Shown here piece after piece: positions 25,546 to 36,566 of a DNA stretch of 64,000 nt. Origin of the DNA: Bacteroidales bacterium (GTDB lineage: Bacteria > Bacteroidota > Bacteroidia > Bacteroidales > UBA4417). The notes beneath the pieces were generated by a model. The model ran no database searches. It was not told where the DNA came from and was given only the letters and a program-made list of their open reading frames with translations. Position 1 is the stretch's first letter. Each line of letters opens with the position of its first letter. Where the stretch lies: NCBI GenBank assembly GCA_963665485.1, contig OY762227.1, forward strand, positions 688,426-752,425. The letters run 5' to 3'. The position numbers were made by a program, and so were the translations under genes.

Positions 25546-28500
25546 ATGAAAACTGTTTTCAGCATAATTCTTTTTTTAACAGCCTTCACAGGCATATCGC
25601 AGAACCTATACAAAACCGAGTGGAAGCAGGTGGACTCGCTCGCCGGAATCGGGCAATCACAATCTTCGATGGATATTGTTATCGGTATCTACAATCAGGC
25701 CAAAGTTGCCAACCAGGCCGACCAGTTTGTAAAAGCATCGTTGTACCGTATGAAACTTGAATCGGATTTCGAGGAAGATTATTTCGAAAAAAGCATAACC
25801 CGGACACAACTTGAAATTGAATCGGCACAAGCCCCGGTAAAACAAATCCTGCATTCCATTCTTGCTGAACTTTACTGGCGTTATTATCAGAATAACCGTT
25901 GGCGGATACTAAGCCGAAGCGAAACTTCCGACTTCGTTGAAGATGATATTAAGACATGGGATTTGAAAAAGCATGTTACGGCTTGTATGGAGAATTATTC
26001 TTTGTCACTTGCCGGCAAGGAAATTCTGAAAAACACACCAATTTCAACCTATTCCGAAATTCTTGAAAAACAAAAAGATTCCGAAAAATTCAGGCCAACC
26101 TTATTTGATTTCCTGGCGCACAGAGCCATCGATTTTTATTCATCATCCGAAGCAGGATTAACAAAACCGGCAAATACTTTTTTGATGGACAAGGTCGAAT
26201 ATTTTGCTCCGACTGCTGAATTTTCAAATCTAAGTATTACATCGCCCGACGCGTTTGCTTTTGATTTCCAGGCACTATTGCTTTTACAGGAAGTTGTTAA
26301 ATTCCATTCAATTGATAAAGATCCTACTGCTTTTATTGATGCTGAAACTGAGCGGCTTTCGTTTGTTCATGAAAAAAGTATCTTACCGGAAAAAGACAGC
26401 CTTTACCTTGAAGCTCTTTATAAATTAGAAAGTCGTTTTAAAGCTCATCCTTCTTCAACCGAAATAGCTTATGAAATTGCCTCTCAATTAAATAATGATG
26501 AAGCCATCGCGATTCCTTTTACTGAAGAAGATCAATCCGGCCCGGTAGTATCTGAGGCTAAAAAATGGGATAAGAAAAAAGCAATAGAAGAATGTGAAGC
26601 AGCCATCAGCCGTTTTCCTGAAAGCTTTGGAGCTAATAATTGTCATTCGTTGACAGAAAGTATTAAACAACCTTCATTATCGGTAACTGCAAATTATGCT
26701 ACAATTCCGGGAAAGCCATCGCTCGCTTTGGTTAGCTATAAAAATGTAGGCAAAGTATATTTTCGCCTTATTAAAATAAATCCTGAAACCGACCGTGAGC
26801 TTCAGGAAAAGCAACAGGAATTCCGTCTTGAGAAATACCTGGGACTGAAAGCAGAAAAATCCTGGGAACAGGCACTTCCTGATGATGGCGATTACAGAAA
26901 TCATTCCACCGAAATACCGATTCCGGCTACAAAATCCGGATATTATATTTTGCTCTCAAGTAATGATGCCGGGTTTCCTGCCAAAACTGCAATTATTACC
27001 GCTACCCCTTTCTGGGCATCCAGTATCAGCTATCTCAGCCGCAGAGATGGGAATGGAAAAAATGAGATTGTCGTATTACACCGCGAATCCGGCAAACCAT
27101 TACAAAAAGTGAAAGTACAGGCTTTTTACCGCGAGTATAATTTGAATTCCCGAAAATATGAAAGTAAAGACTTCGGAGTATCTGCAACTGATAAAAACGG
27201 GATGGTCACTATTCCGTCCAGAAGCGGCAATAACAGGTACCAACAATTTTACCTGGTTTTCACTTCGAAAGGTGATCAACTGATAACGGAGAGCTATTTT
27301 TCGTCTTTTTCGAATGATAACAATGAGCCAAAAACTGTTGTTCAAACCTGGTTTTTTACGGATAGGGCTATTTACCGGCCGGGACAGACGATATTTTTTA
27401 AAGGAATAGTACTCGAAAGAAAAAGTGAAGACGTTCAACTGAAAACAAAGTATAAAACTGATGTAACTCTTTATGATGCCAACGGACAGGTTGTTTCGAA
27501 ACAGACTCTTACAACAAATGATTTTGGATCATTCAGCGGGAACTTTATTGCTCCTCAAGGCGTACTAACCGGTCAGATGACAATCCGTTGCGAAACCGGA
27601 TCGGTTTCGGTGCAGGTTGAAGAGTACAAAAGGCCTAAGTTCGAAGTAAACTTTGAACCTGTAAAGGGATCATATAAACTGGGCGAAACTATTGTTGCCA
27701 AAGGGAAAGCGCTGGCTTATGCCGGAAGCACTGTTTCGGATGCCAAAGTAAGTTACAGGGTGGTTCGCAACGCAAGTTTCCCCTACTGGTGGGGCTGGCG
27801 TGGTATGCCAACATCTCCTGAAATGGAAATTTCCAATGGCGAAACAATTACGGGCAATGATGGATCATTTACGGTGACCTTTAAGGCAATTCCCGACCTT
27901 TCGGTTGGCAGAAAATCCGATCCGGTCTTTAACTATACTGTTTATGCCGATGTCGCCGATATAAATGGTGAAAGTCACAGCAGCGAAACCGTAATTTCGG
28001 CTGGTTATAAAGCATTGCTGGTAAAAACTGATTTGGCTGATGATATTAATATTGAAAAGCCACTTCAATTTTCGCTTTCAACTACCAATCTGAATGGTGA
28101 AAAAGAAAAAGCTACAGGAATTATAACTATTTCGAAACTCCGCAAACCGGCTCAGGTTCTGTATTCCCGTAAATGGGCGAAACCTGATATGTTTGCGATG
28201 ACAAAAGCCGGGTTTGAGAAAGATTTTCCCGGCGAAGTATATAAAGATGAAGATGATGTATCTACCTGGCCTGTTGAATCTACGGCGATTTCCGCAAATT
28301 TCAGTACTCCGGCAGATTCTGTATTTAAAGTTGGAAATCAAATATCGGCAGGCATGTATGTAATTGAAATCAAAACCAAAGACGCGTTTGGGGAAGATGT
28401 TTTGTACAAGAAATATTTCAATATCTTTCAGCCTGTGTCTGCCGGTTCCGATGCCGTTTCACCCGCATTTTTTACTTTACTAACACCAATCGCCGAACCT

Positions 28501-31500
28501 GGTCAGGATGTGAAATTTATAATCGGCACACCGGTTAAGAATGCTTGTGTTATTTATGAAATTACGCATAAGGATAAAGTCGTACATCGCGAAATTCTTA
28601 CACTAAGCAAGGAACAAAAACTGATCAGCATTCCTGTAAAAGAAGAATACCGGGGCAACTTTGGCATCAGCCTGGCCTTTGTAAAAAACAACCGTACATT
28701 CGTGATAAGCAAACTAATCACTGTTCCGTACACGGATAAAAAACTGGATATCAGCTTTGCTACTTTCCGGAATAAGTTGCAACCCGGACAAGAAGAAGAA
28801 TGGCAGATTACGTTACGCGACAGCAAAGGCGAAAAAGCTGTTGCCGAAATGCTTGCAGGGATGTACGATGCTTCGCTCGACGCATTTGCACCTCACAGCT
28901 GGTCGTTTGATATTTTCAATTATTATTATGGAAACCAATCCTGGAGTGACAATCAGTGCTTCGGGACTAAAAACGGAGAGTTGTTTTACGAATATGAACC
29001 AGTATATAGTCCATCATCACATGAATACGACCAGCTGAATTGGTTTGGGTTCAATTTTGGGTATTCCGGTGGAATCCGGATACGAGGTATGAAAAGTTCT
29101 TCAAGATTCGTTGCTCCGGTGATAGCTGCTGAAGTTTCTGAAATAATGGACCAGGATGAAATGTCCGTTTCGTCCAAAAATGGAGATGCTGCCGACCAAA
29201 GGATCAAATTTAAACCACCTGTAATTTCTGAAGAAAATGTTGCTGAGGAAAGCACGGTTTCTGTGCCACAACCTATTCAAATCCGTAAAGATTTTAACGA
29301 AACCGCTTTCTTTTTCCCGCAGCTGTCCACCAACGAAAATGGCGAAATTGTTATCAAATTCAAAGCGCCCGAAGCCCTTACCCGCTGGAAAATGATGGGA
29401 TTGGCGTATACCAAAGATTTGAAATACGGACAGATAGAGAAATCTCTTGTGACGCAAAAAGACCTGATGCTGTTTACCAATCCTCCGCGTTTCCTGCGCG
29501 AAGGTGATAAAATGGATTTCTCAGCCAAAATCTCAAATATCAGCGATCGCGATCTGTCGGGAACTGCCGAACTCCATTTCTTCGATGCATTAACCATGAA
29601 GCCAGTTGATGGAGTTATGGGTTTAACGCAAACTAGTATTTCATTTACAGTAAAAAAAGGTGTTAGCTCACCTGTAAGCAGGGAAATTAGTATTCCGGAA
29701 GGATTGCAAGCTGTAATTTACCGTATTACAGCCTCCGCCGGCGCTTTCAGCGATGGCGAAGAAGCAGCGATTCCTGTCCTTACCAACCGGATGCTGGTTA
29801 CTGAAAGTATGCCTTTGCCGCTAAACGGAATGCAACAAAAGAAATTTAACTTTATAAAACTGGTAAATTCCGGTAAAACAGGCTCAACTATAAAAAATTA
29901 CAGGCTTACGCTCGAATACACTTCGAACCCGGCCTGGTATGCTGTACAAGCTTTGCCTTACCTGATGGAATACCCGTACGAATGTGCCGAACAGCTTTTC
30001 AGCCGCTATTATGCCAACAGCCTGGCCACTCATATCACCAACAGCGATCCTAAGATAAAAGGAATATTCGAAAGCTGGAAGAACATTACTCCTGACGCGC
30101 TGAAATCAAATCTCGAGAAAAATGAAGAACTGAAATCGGTGCTTCTGCAGGAAAGTCCATGGGTGCGTGAAGCCACAAACGAGAGTGAACGCAAACAACG
30201 CATTGCTTTGCTTTTCGACCTTAACCGCATGGCTTCGGAACAAACTTCTGCCTTGAAAAAACTGCGTGATATGCAGAACCCTAATGGCGGATGGCCCTGG
30301 TTCCAGGGGATGCCCGAAAGCCGTTACATCACACAACATATTGTTACAGGGCTTGGACATCTTTACTTTCTTGAAGTGCTTAATCCTTTAGGAAACAAAG
30401 ACATACACGATATGCTTCAGAAAGCTGTTGAGTACCTAGATGTGACTGCTGAAATCGATTTTGAAAAGCTCAAAAAGAACGATAAGGATTATCTGAAAAA
30501 CAACCACCTTGGGTACGAAGACATTCAATATTTGTATGCCCGAACGTATTTTCTGGCTGATTTCCCGGTTGGAAAAGAAAACACGGAAGTTCTTGCGTAT
30601 TTCAAAGCACAGTCCGTTAAATACTGGAAGTCGCAGAACAATTACATGAAAGCTATGATTGCCTTGTACCTCAAACGTTTTGGCGAAGAGAATACAGCTT
30701 CGCTGATCATGCGTTCGTTGAAGGAAACCTCCCTACACAACGAAGAAATGGGAATGTACTGGCGAAATGAGCAACGCGGATATAACTGGTACCAGGCTCC
30801 TGTTGAAACACAAGCTCTATTGATTGAAGCTTTCGATGAAGTTAGCAACGATCAGAAATCGGTTGAAGAAATGAAAACCTGGCTCCTGAAACAAAAACAA
30901 ACTCAGGACTGGAAAACCACCAAAGCTACGTCAGAAGCAGTTTACGCGTTGTTGCTTCGTGGAACTTCGCTGCTTGCGTCGGACAAACAAGTTGAAATCA
31001 GCTTAGGAAATGAAAAAGTTGATCCCTACAAACCGGATGGATCAAAACCGGAAGCCGGAACAGGATATTTCAAAACAAGCTGGGAAGCATCGGCAATTAA
31101 GCCGGAAATGGGAAAAGTAACTGTTAAAAATCCAAATTCAACAGTTGCATGGGGCTCGCTGTACTGGCAGTATTTCGAACAGCTTGATAAGATTACCCCG
31201 GCCAAAACACCATTGAGCCTGAGTAAGAAACTTTTCCGTGAAATAAATACGCCAACTGGCCCGGTTATTGAACCAATCACGGATAATTCGCCTCTGAAAG
31301 TTGGAGATAAAATTGTTGTCCGCGTACAACTTCGCACCGACCGCGATATGGAATACATACACTTAAAAGATATGCGGGCATCTGCGTTTGAACCGGTAAA
31401 TGTGCTTTCGGGATATCGCTACCAGGATGGACTTGGATATTACGAATCCACCCGCGATGCTTCGACAAATTTCTTCATTGGTTATTTGCCAAAAGGAACT

Positions 31501-31629
31501 TACATTTTCGAATACAAGCTGCTTGCTACGCAAAAAGGAGAGTTTTCGAATGGGATAACTTCGGTGCAATGCATGTATGCGCCTGAGTTTTCGGCGCATT
31601 CGGAAGGGATAAGGGTAAAGGTGGAGTAG
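25546..31629 (+). CDS. Alpha-2-macroglobulin family protein with an intact thioester motif
   Basis: About 2027 aa from ATG 25546 (signal peptide MKTVFSIILFLTAFTGISQ). It has repeated MG-type beta-sandwich regions and the thioester motif YPYECAEQ (CAEQ at 29983-29994). The track start at 25381 is probably a 5' over-extension. Confidence 0.88.
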   Translation: MKTVFSIILFLTAFTGISQNLYKTEWKQVDSLAGIGQSQSSMDIVIGIYNQAKVANQADQFVKASLYRMKLESDFEEDYFEKSITRTQLEIESAQAPVKQILHSILAELYWRYYQNNRWRILSRSETSDFVEDDIKTWDLKKHVTACMENYSLSLAGKEILKNTPISTYSEILEKQKDSEKFRPTLFDFLAHRAIDFYSSSEAGLTKPANTFLMDKVEYFAPTAEFSNLSITSPDAFAFDFQALLLLQEVVKFHSIDKDPTAFIDAETERLSFVHEKSILPEKDSLYLEALYKLESRFKAHPSSTEIAYEIASQLNNDEAIAIPFTEEDQSGPVVSEAKKWDKKKAIEECEAAISRFPESFGANNCHSLTESIKQPSLSVTANYATIPGKPSLALVSYKNVGKVYFRLIKINPETDRELQEKQQEFRLEKYLGLKAEKSWEQALPDDGDYRNHSTEIPIPATKSGYYILLSSNDAGFPAKTAIITATPFWASSISYLSRRDGNGKNEIVVLHRESGKPLQKVKVQAFYREYNLNSRKYESKDFGVSATDKNGMVTIPSRSGNNRYQQFYLVFTSKGDQLITESYFSSFSNDNNEPKTVVQTWFFTDRAIYRPGQTIFFKGIVLERKSEDVQLKTKYKTDVTLYDANGQVVSKQTLTTNDFGSFSGNFIAPQGVLTGQMTIRCETGSVSVQVEEYKRPKFEVNFEPVKGSYKLGETIVAKGKALAYAGSTVSDAKVSYRVVRNASFPYWWGWRGMPTSPEMEISNGETITGNDGSFTVTFKAIPDLSVGRKSDPVFNYTVYADVADINGESHSSETVISAGYKALLVKTDLADDINIEKPLQFSLSTTNLNGEKEKATGIITISKLRKPAQVLYSRKWAKPDMFAMTKAGFEKDFPGEVYKDEDDVSTWPVESTAISANFSTPADSVFKVGNQISAGMYVIEIKTKDAFGEDVLYKKYFNIFQPVSAGSDAVSPAFFTLLTPIAEPGQDVKFIIGTPVKNACVIYEITHKDKVVHREILTLSKEQKLISIPVKEEYRGNFGISLAFVKNNRTFVISKLITVPYTDKKLDISFATFRNKLQPGQEEEWQITLRDSKGEKAVAEMLAGMYDASLDAFAPHSWSFDIFNYYYGNQSWSDNQCFGTKNGELFYEYEPVYSPSSHEYDQLNWFGFNFGYSGGIRIRGMKSSSRFVAPVIAAEVSEIMDQDEMSVSSKNGDAADQRIKFKPPVISEENVAEESTVSVPQPIQIRKDFNETAFFFPQLSTNENGEIVIKFKAPEALTRWKMMGLAYTKDLKYGQIEKSLVTQKDLMLFTNPPRFLREGDKMDFSAKISNISDRDLSGTAELHFFDALTMKPVDGVMGLTQTSISFTVKKGVSSPVSREISIPEGLQAVIYRITASAGAFSDGEEAAIPVLTNRMLVTESMPLPLNGMQQKKFNFIKLVNSGKTGSTIKNYRLTLEYTSNPAWYAVQALPYLMEYPYECAEQLFSRYYANSLATHITNSDPKIKGIFESWKNITPDALKSNLEKNEELKSVLLQESPWVREATNESERKQRIALLFDLNRMASEQTSALKKLRDMQNPNGGWPWFQGMPESRYITQHIVTGLGHLYFLEVLNPLGNKDIHDMLQKAVEYLDVTAEIDFEKLKKNDKDYLKNNHLGYEDIQYLYARTYFLADFPVGKENTEVLAYFKAQSVKYWKSQNNYMKAMIALYLKRFGEENTASLIMRSLKETSLHNEEMGMYWRNEQRGYNWYQAPVETQALLIEAFDEVSNDQKSVEEMKTWLLKQKQTQDWKTTKATSEAVYALLLRGTSLLASDKQVEISLGNEKVDPYKPDGSKPEAGTGYFKTSWEASAIKPEMGKVTVKNPNSTVAWGSLYWQYFEQLDKITPAKTPLSLSKKLFREINTPTGPVIEPITDNSPLKVGDKIVVRVQLRTDRDMEYIHLKDMRASAFEPVNVLSGYRYQDGLGYYESTRDASTNFFIGYLPKGTYIFEYKLLATQKGEFSNGITSVQCMYAPEFSAHSEGIRVKVE

Positions 31630-31637
31630 ATATTTTT

Positions 31638-34310
31638 CTAAAAAGATATTTCCAGCTGTTTATTAGTGAAAACGGAAAATGATAATCTGAATCCAACGGA
31701 TTTAAACCCCGAATTATTGAAACCGGAATAAACTCCGATAGTGTAAAGCTCATTTCCAATACCATACCCGAATTCGAGGTGATAGCCGTTTTCGGGTACA
31801 AACAGATAATTTGCCGAAAGGCTCTCGTTCCACATCCTGTTACGGATTAGTGGAAGTCGTTTGACCACGAGCATAGGTGTTCTATACATCATATGGCCTT
31901 CAACATATCCTTTGGCTGTACTGCTTGAATAATAATTCATCAGCTGAAAAACCGGGTAGGTGTTTTTAATGCCAACCTCATACGGGGAAGTCGCAAAATG
32001 ATTGAATTCATTGAAATAAATTGTTCTGTTATTCGCAAAATATCCGGCTTCGAAGTTGTACTGTATCGTCGAGCGTAATCCGGATTTCAGTTTCTGGGAA
32101 ATGCCGATTTTTACCAGGTCAAAATCAGTTTCAAAACCTGGTGCCGGTATCCCTTTTTTATAACCCAGAAACATAGTTGGAGTATTATTGAAGCCGGCGC
32201 GGGGAATTTTAACGCCATCCTTAATAAAATAATAGGGAGATGGCTTGTACGATAAGGTAAAGTCCAGTTGCAGGTTGCCATGATCAGCCATGGTATATGA
32301 CTCAACATCCGGGATATTGGATCTATACGCTCTGCTTTCCCGGTAGAAGAAGGAAAATCCGGTATTGTTTTCCTGTGTTTTGTTTTTTTCGGCTGTAAAT
32401 GCTGATTCCAGGTTAAATTCGTGCGTTACCCTTATGCTGTGATTCAGAGAAATAAAATTCCTGAGATAGAGCCTGGAAATATTATCATGCAGAAAGAGTG
32501 ACGATACTGAGTTTTCCAATGCCATAGCTCCTTTCGGATTGAAATCGCTACTTCCGGAACCGGCTTTAATACTGATATTCTGTTGGTATCTTCCGGAACC
32601 TTTAAAATTGAGCCCGGCATCCCACACCAAATCTTTTCTCGAAAAAGCATACCCCGGCGAAAGAGAAACAGAATACAAACCTTGCTTTTTTACGTTTCGG
32701 AAGAGCTCAAAATTCGTTTTGTAAACAAGGCCATCCACTGCGTTAAAATTCAGGCCAAACGGGTAAAGCAAGCCCTTACTTTTGATATACCTAACGGTGT
32801 CAGGTTCATACCGGCCTCCCAGTAACATGACTTTGAAGAATTTTTTATTTTTAGCCTTGTTTGTATGGGTTGAATCGCTTGCCTGTTTTGCATTTTCCCT
32901 CTTGATGGAATCAAATTCCATTGTGCTGGCTTTTTCGACAGATGAAAGTGGTATTGGCCGCACCATATTCCAGTAGAGAGTATCACGGGTTCGGGCAGCA
33001 CTGTCAATCTGTGTTTTGTATGTTTCCACAAATGTATGGTCGTTCCTTATAGTATCCTTCCTGATCATTTCTTTTTTGCGAAGTATAAGTTTTGAAGTCC
33101 GATTAGCCCCTGAAGTTGTTGGATTAACATTGGTCGAAAGCTTTGACAGCCTTTCATCGATTTTATTAACACGCGATTTGGTTTTATCCGAAAGGATCTC
33201 CTTTTGACGAAGCAATTGTTCCGGATTTTTTTTATTTGCGTTAATAATCGCCTGGTTTACTTCCAGTTTGTTGTATTTTATGGATGTATAGTAGTTCATC
33301 ACGGATTTATTGTCCATAATTTCTATATCCAGGTAATAGTGGTTGTTCACTGCTAACCAAACGCCATCCTTTACTTCGCCAAATGATTGGCTGATTTTAA
33401 TAGTCGTGCCCAGTTGCGCGTTGATGGTTAACTCCATATTATAGATGCACCATAGTCCTTCAATCACATATAAATAGCCGCTAACATACTGTGATCCATT
33501 ACCTTTTGGGATAATTTTGATTTTATCAACCGACACATTGCCGTACTGATTTGTTCCCTCATAGTGATACCTGTAATATTCAAATGCACCTGCGGTAATG
33601 GGTGAAACAGCGTTACCAAATGATTTGGGGTTATAGGTATTCTGCGTAATGAATCCCATTGCTCCCGAAGAGCTGCTTTGGCTGCTGCCAGGAAATGTAC
33701 TATGTAAAGATTTTACTTTTTGATTAATGATATTTGGAGATTTGAAACCGATCTCATTTACAGATTCCTCAAGATATGTATCACCTTCTTTAATATGCTG
33801 TTCTTTCAGTTCATCGCGTGCCATCCATTTTACCATGGCTGAAAGTTTCAGTATTTCCATGCTTCCTCTTATATACACATCAGCATTGTAGGATTTAATG
33901 ATGGATGCATGTTCGGGAGCCTTGCTTATTACATTCCGCATAATTTTATACGCAGGGTCTTCACCGTTCGAAGTTATAACAACCGCCTTGAGATCATAAG
34001 CCATGGCGGGTAGTACAATGTGCAGGTTTTGGGTGTTTTTATCAATTACAATATTTTGAATTACCGGTTTGTAGCCCATGCACTGAAATGTACAGGTATA
34101 TTTTCCGGCCGGAAGTTTTAATTCAAACTCTCCTTCCATATTGGCCGAAGTGCCATATGAAACTTCTTTAATATATACTGTTGAGAAAGGAATCGGCTTG
34201 CCGTCGGAGTCATTTATTGAACCTTTCAGAACTTGTCCAAAAACGGTAGTGCTGAAACTGATAATGACTAATACAAAAAATAGATTTCGCTGCATATCAT
34301 GAAATATCAA
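31638..34310 (-). CDS. CarboxypepD_reg-like domain plus large beta-rich C-terminal region (DUF5686-like outer-membrane protein)
   Basis: Signal peptide, then GSINDSDGKPIPFSTVYIKE...GEFELKLPAGKYT (carboxypeptidase-regulatory-like fold); 890 aa ending in an aromatic residue (ISF). Confidence 0.6.
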   Translation of the reverse strand: MIFHDMQRNLFFVLVIISFSTTVFGQVLKGSINDSDGKPIPFSTVYIKEVSYGTSANMEGEFELKLPAGKYTCTFQCMGYKPVIQNIVIDKNTQNLHIVLPAMAYDLKAVVITSNGEDPAYKIMRNVISKAPEHASIIKSYNADVYIRGSMEILKLSAMVKWMARDELKEQHIKEGDTYLEESVNEIGFKSPNIINQKVKSLHSTFPGSSQSSSSGAMGFITQNTYNPKSFGNAVSPITAGAFEYYRYHYEGTNQYGNVSVDKIKIIPKGNGSQYVSGYLYVIEGLWCIYNMELTINAQLGTTIKISQSFGEVKDGVWLAVNNHYYLDIEIMDNKSVMNYYTSIKYNKLEVNQAIINANKKNPEQLLRQKEILSDKTKSRVNKIDERLSKLSTNVNPTTSGANRTSKLILRKKEMIRKDTIRNDHTFVETYKTQIDSAARTRDTLYWNMVRPIPLSSVEKASTMEFDSIKRENAKQASDSTHTNKAKNKKFFKVMLLGGRYEPDTVRYIKSKGLLYPFGLNFNAVDGLVYKTNFELFRNVKKQGLYSVSLSPGYAFSRKDLVWDAGLNFKGSGRYQQNISIKAGSGSSDFNPKGAMALENSVSSLFLHDNISRLYLRNFISLNHSIRVTHEFNLESAFTAEKNKTQENNTGFSFFYRESRAYRSNIPDVESYTMADHGNLQLDFTLSYKPSPYYFIKDGVKIPRAGFNNTPTMFLGYKKGIPAPGFETDFDLVKIGISQKLKSGLRSTIQYNFEAGYFANNRTIYFNEFNHFATSPYEVGIKNTYPVFQLMNYYSSSTAKGYVEGHMMYRTPMLVVKRLPLIRNRMWNESLSANYLFVPENGYHLEFGYGIGNELYTIGVYSGFNNSGFKSVGFRLSFSVFTNKQLEISF

Positions 34311-34416
34311 TCAAATATATCTAACGATAACGTAAACAAATTGTTGTTAACAAATTTTATGAGAAAACAAACAAGGCTGAGCATTCGCCGGGTGACCTGG
34401 AGTCACCCTGTAAATA

Positions 34417-34454
34417 GAAAAAAGCCAGGGCTTCACATCAGTGAAATCCTGGCT
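34417..34454 (-). terminator. Terminator after aspS
   Basis: AGCCAGG (34423-34429) / CCTGGCT (34448-34454) stem. Read on the minus strand it is followed by T7. Confidence 0.55.
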
Positions 34455-34507
34455 GACATCCATTCGGAGTATGATTTTAAGTCTCACCCCGAAAATTACG
34501 GGTTATT

Positions 34508-36253
34508 TTATATCGAAACCTTTAAGCTCAATTCCTTTAGCTGATCATCCGAAATGTTTGAAGGCGAATCAATCATCACATCGCGGGCAGCGTTGTTTTT
34601 TGGGAAAGCAATATAATCGCGGATGGATTCGCTGCCACCAAAGAGTGAGCATAAACGGTCGAAACCAAAGGCAATTCCTCCGTGAGGTGGTGCTCCGAAT
34701 TCGAATGCATTCATCAGAAAACCAAACTGGGCCTGTGCGTCTTCTTCGCTGAAACCGAGCAACTGAAGCATCTTATGCTGAAGCGGTTTGTTGTGAATAC
34801 GGATTGATCCTCCGCCAACTTCCACCCCATTAATAACCATATCATACGCATTGGCACGAACGGCTCCCGGATTGGAATCGAGCAGCTCAATATCTTCAGG
34901 TTTTGGTGAAGTAAACGGGTGATGCATGGCATAATAACGCTGGCTGTCTTCGTCCCATTCCAGCAATGGAAAATCATAAACCCAAAGTGGTGAAAAATTA
35001 TCGGGATTGCGAAGGCCAAGACGTGTACCCATTTCGAGGCGAAGATCATTTAAGGCTTTACGGGTTTTGTTGGCTTTTCCGGCTAAAACCAGAATCAGGT
35101 CGCCGGGTTTTGCATCAAATGCTTCGGCCCATTTTTTCAGTTCTTCGGGTGTGTAAAATTTATCAACCGATGATTTCAATGTTCCATCAGCAGCATAGCG
35201 CAGATAAATCAATCCGCCCGCACCAACCTGGGGTTTCTTGACAAAATCAGTGAGTTCGTCTAATTGTTTGCGTGTGTATTCAGCACAGCCATTGGCGTTG
35301 ATACCGACAACCAGTTCGGCATCATCAAAAACTTTAAATTCTTTACCTTTCACAATATCCGACAGTTCAACGAATTGCATGCCGAAACGGGTATCCGGTT
35401 TGTCACTTCCGTAATATTTCATGGCATCAGCCCAGGTCATGCGTGGCAATTTAACTACATCGATGTTTTTAACTGTCTTGAACAGGTGAACAACAAGCCC
35501 TTCGAAAGTATCGAAAATATCTTCCTGGGTAACGAACGACATTTCGCAGTCGATCTGGGTAAATTCCGGCTGGCGGTCGGCACGAAGGTCTTCATCGCGG
35601 AAACATTTTACGATCTGGAAATAGCGGTCGAAACCGGCAACCATCAACAATTGCTTGAAGGTTTGAGGCGATTGTGGCAACGCATAAAACTCACCCGGGT
35701 TTACGCGTGAAGGAACCACGTAATCGCGAGCTCCTTCGGGAGTACTTTTTATCAGGACCGGAGTCTCAACTTCAATAAAATTAAGGCTGTCCATATAGTT
35801 ACGGGTCTGGAACGCCAGGCGGTGGCGCAGTTCCATATTGCGTTTCACAGTATTACGGCGCAAATCGAGGTAACGGTATTTCATACGGAGTTCATCTCCG
35901 CCGTCGGTATTATCTTCGATTGTAAAGGGTGGAGTTTTCGATTCATTCAGGATTTCCAGTTTTTCAACTGTAATTTCAATATCGCCGGTTGCCATTTTGG
36001 CATTTTTGTTGCTTCGTTCCGAAACTTTTCCTTCAACAAGGATTACAAATTCACGTCCGAGTTTGCGTGCCTGATCGCATAAAGCAGCATGGGTTTCCAT
36101 ATTGAAAACCAGTTGAGTGATCCCATAACGATCCCGTAGATCAATAAATGTCATTCCTCCCAGGTCGCGCGAACGCTGAATCCAACCGGTTAATTGCACG
36201 TTTTGGCCCACATGAGCCATATTCAGTTCTCCACAGGTATGTGTACGAAGCAT
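34508..36253 (-). CDS. aspS: Aspartate--tRNA ligase
   Basis: Class II motifs [18 protein letters not shown] and GGIAFGFDR. The start is refined to [10 protein letters not shown] (36253) because a -7 box sits 25 nt upstream. Confidence 0.93.
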   Translation of the reverse strand: MLRTHTCGELNMAHVGQNVQLTGWIQRSRDLGGMTFIDLRDRYGITQLVFNMETHAALCDQARKLGREFVILVEGKVSERSNKNAKMATGDIEITVEKLEILNESKTPPFTIEDNTDGGDELRMKYRYLDLRRNTVKRNMELRHRLAFQTRNYMDSLNFIEVETPVLIKSTPEGARDYVVPSRVNPGEFYALPQSPQTFKQLLMVAGFDRYFQIVKCFRDEDLRADRQPEFTQIDCEMSFVTQEDIFDTFEGLVVHLFKTVKNIDVVKLPRMTWADAMKYYGSDKPDTRFGMQFVELSDIVKGKEFKVFDDAELVVGINANGCAEYTRKQLDELTDFVKKPQVGAGGLIYLRYAADGTLKSSVDKFYTPEELKKWAEAFDAKPGDLILVLAGKANKTRKALNDLRLEMGTRLGLRNPDNFSPLWVYDFPLLEWDEDSQRYYAMHHPFTSPKPEDIELLDSNPGAVRANAYDMVINGVEVGGGSIRIHNKPLQHKMLQLLGFSEEDAQAQFGFLMNAFEFGAPPHGGIAFGFDRLCSLFGGSESIRDYIAFPKNNAARDVMIDSPSNISDDQLKELSLKVSI

Positions 36254-36277
36254 AATACTTTGATTTAATAAAGGCTG

Positions 36278-36285
36278 CAAAAGTA
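36278..36285 (-). promoter_or_regulatory. -7 box (TACTTTTG on minus strand) for aspS
   Basis: Plus-strand caaaagta. It lies inside the over-extended track ORF, 25 nt upstream of ATG 36253. Confidence 0.45.
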
Positions 36286-36519
36286 GGAATTTTTTGGACG
36301 AGAAAATTGTGGAAGTTCTGGAAGTGTTCCACCGGCTCCGCTCAACCAGCAAGATTCCGGCGACCGAGTGAAGCCGGGGGCAACAATGCTTTAAAATTTA
36401 TTACTGAAATGCATCTTCGTGATAATGAATTGAAAAATTATTTAACATGGTTTTCACAAAAAGCGTTAAAAGCACTGGTTGTAATTGCTAAAACACTTGA
36501 TTTCAGCGCTTAAATTCAT

Positions 36520-36527
36520 TACCTTTG
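36520..36527 (+). promoter_or_regulatory. -7 box (TACCTTTG) for queA
   Basis: Matches TAnnTTTG, 40 nt upstream of the ATG at 36567. Confidence 0.45.
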
Positions 36528-36566
36528 CACACTTTTCTGAAAAAATAAATACGAAATACTGACTAT

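Noticed and set aside
31629-31638. The 8-bp gap between the convergent A2M and DUF5686-like stop codons, considered as an overlapping regulatory feature.
   Set aside because: It is tight convergent packing without a hairpin. Nothing specific can be supported from the sequence.
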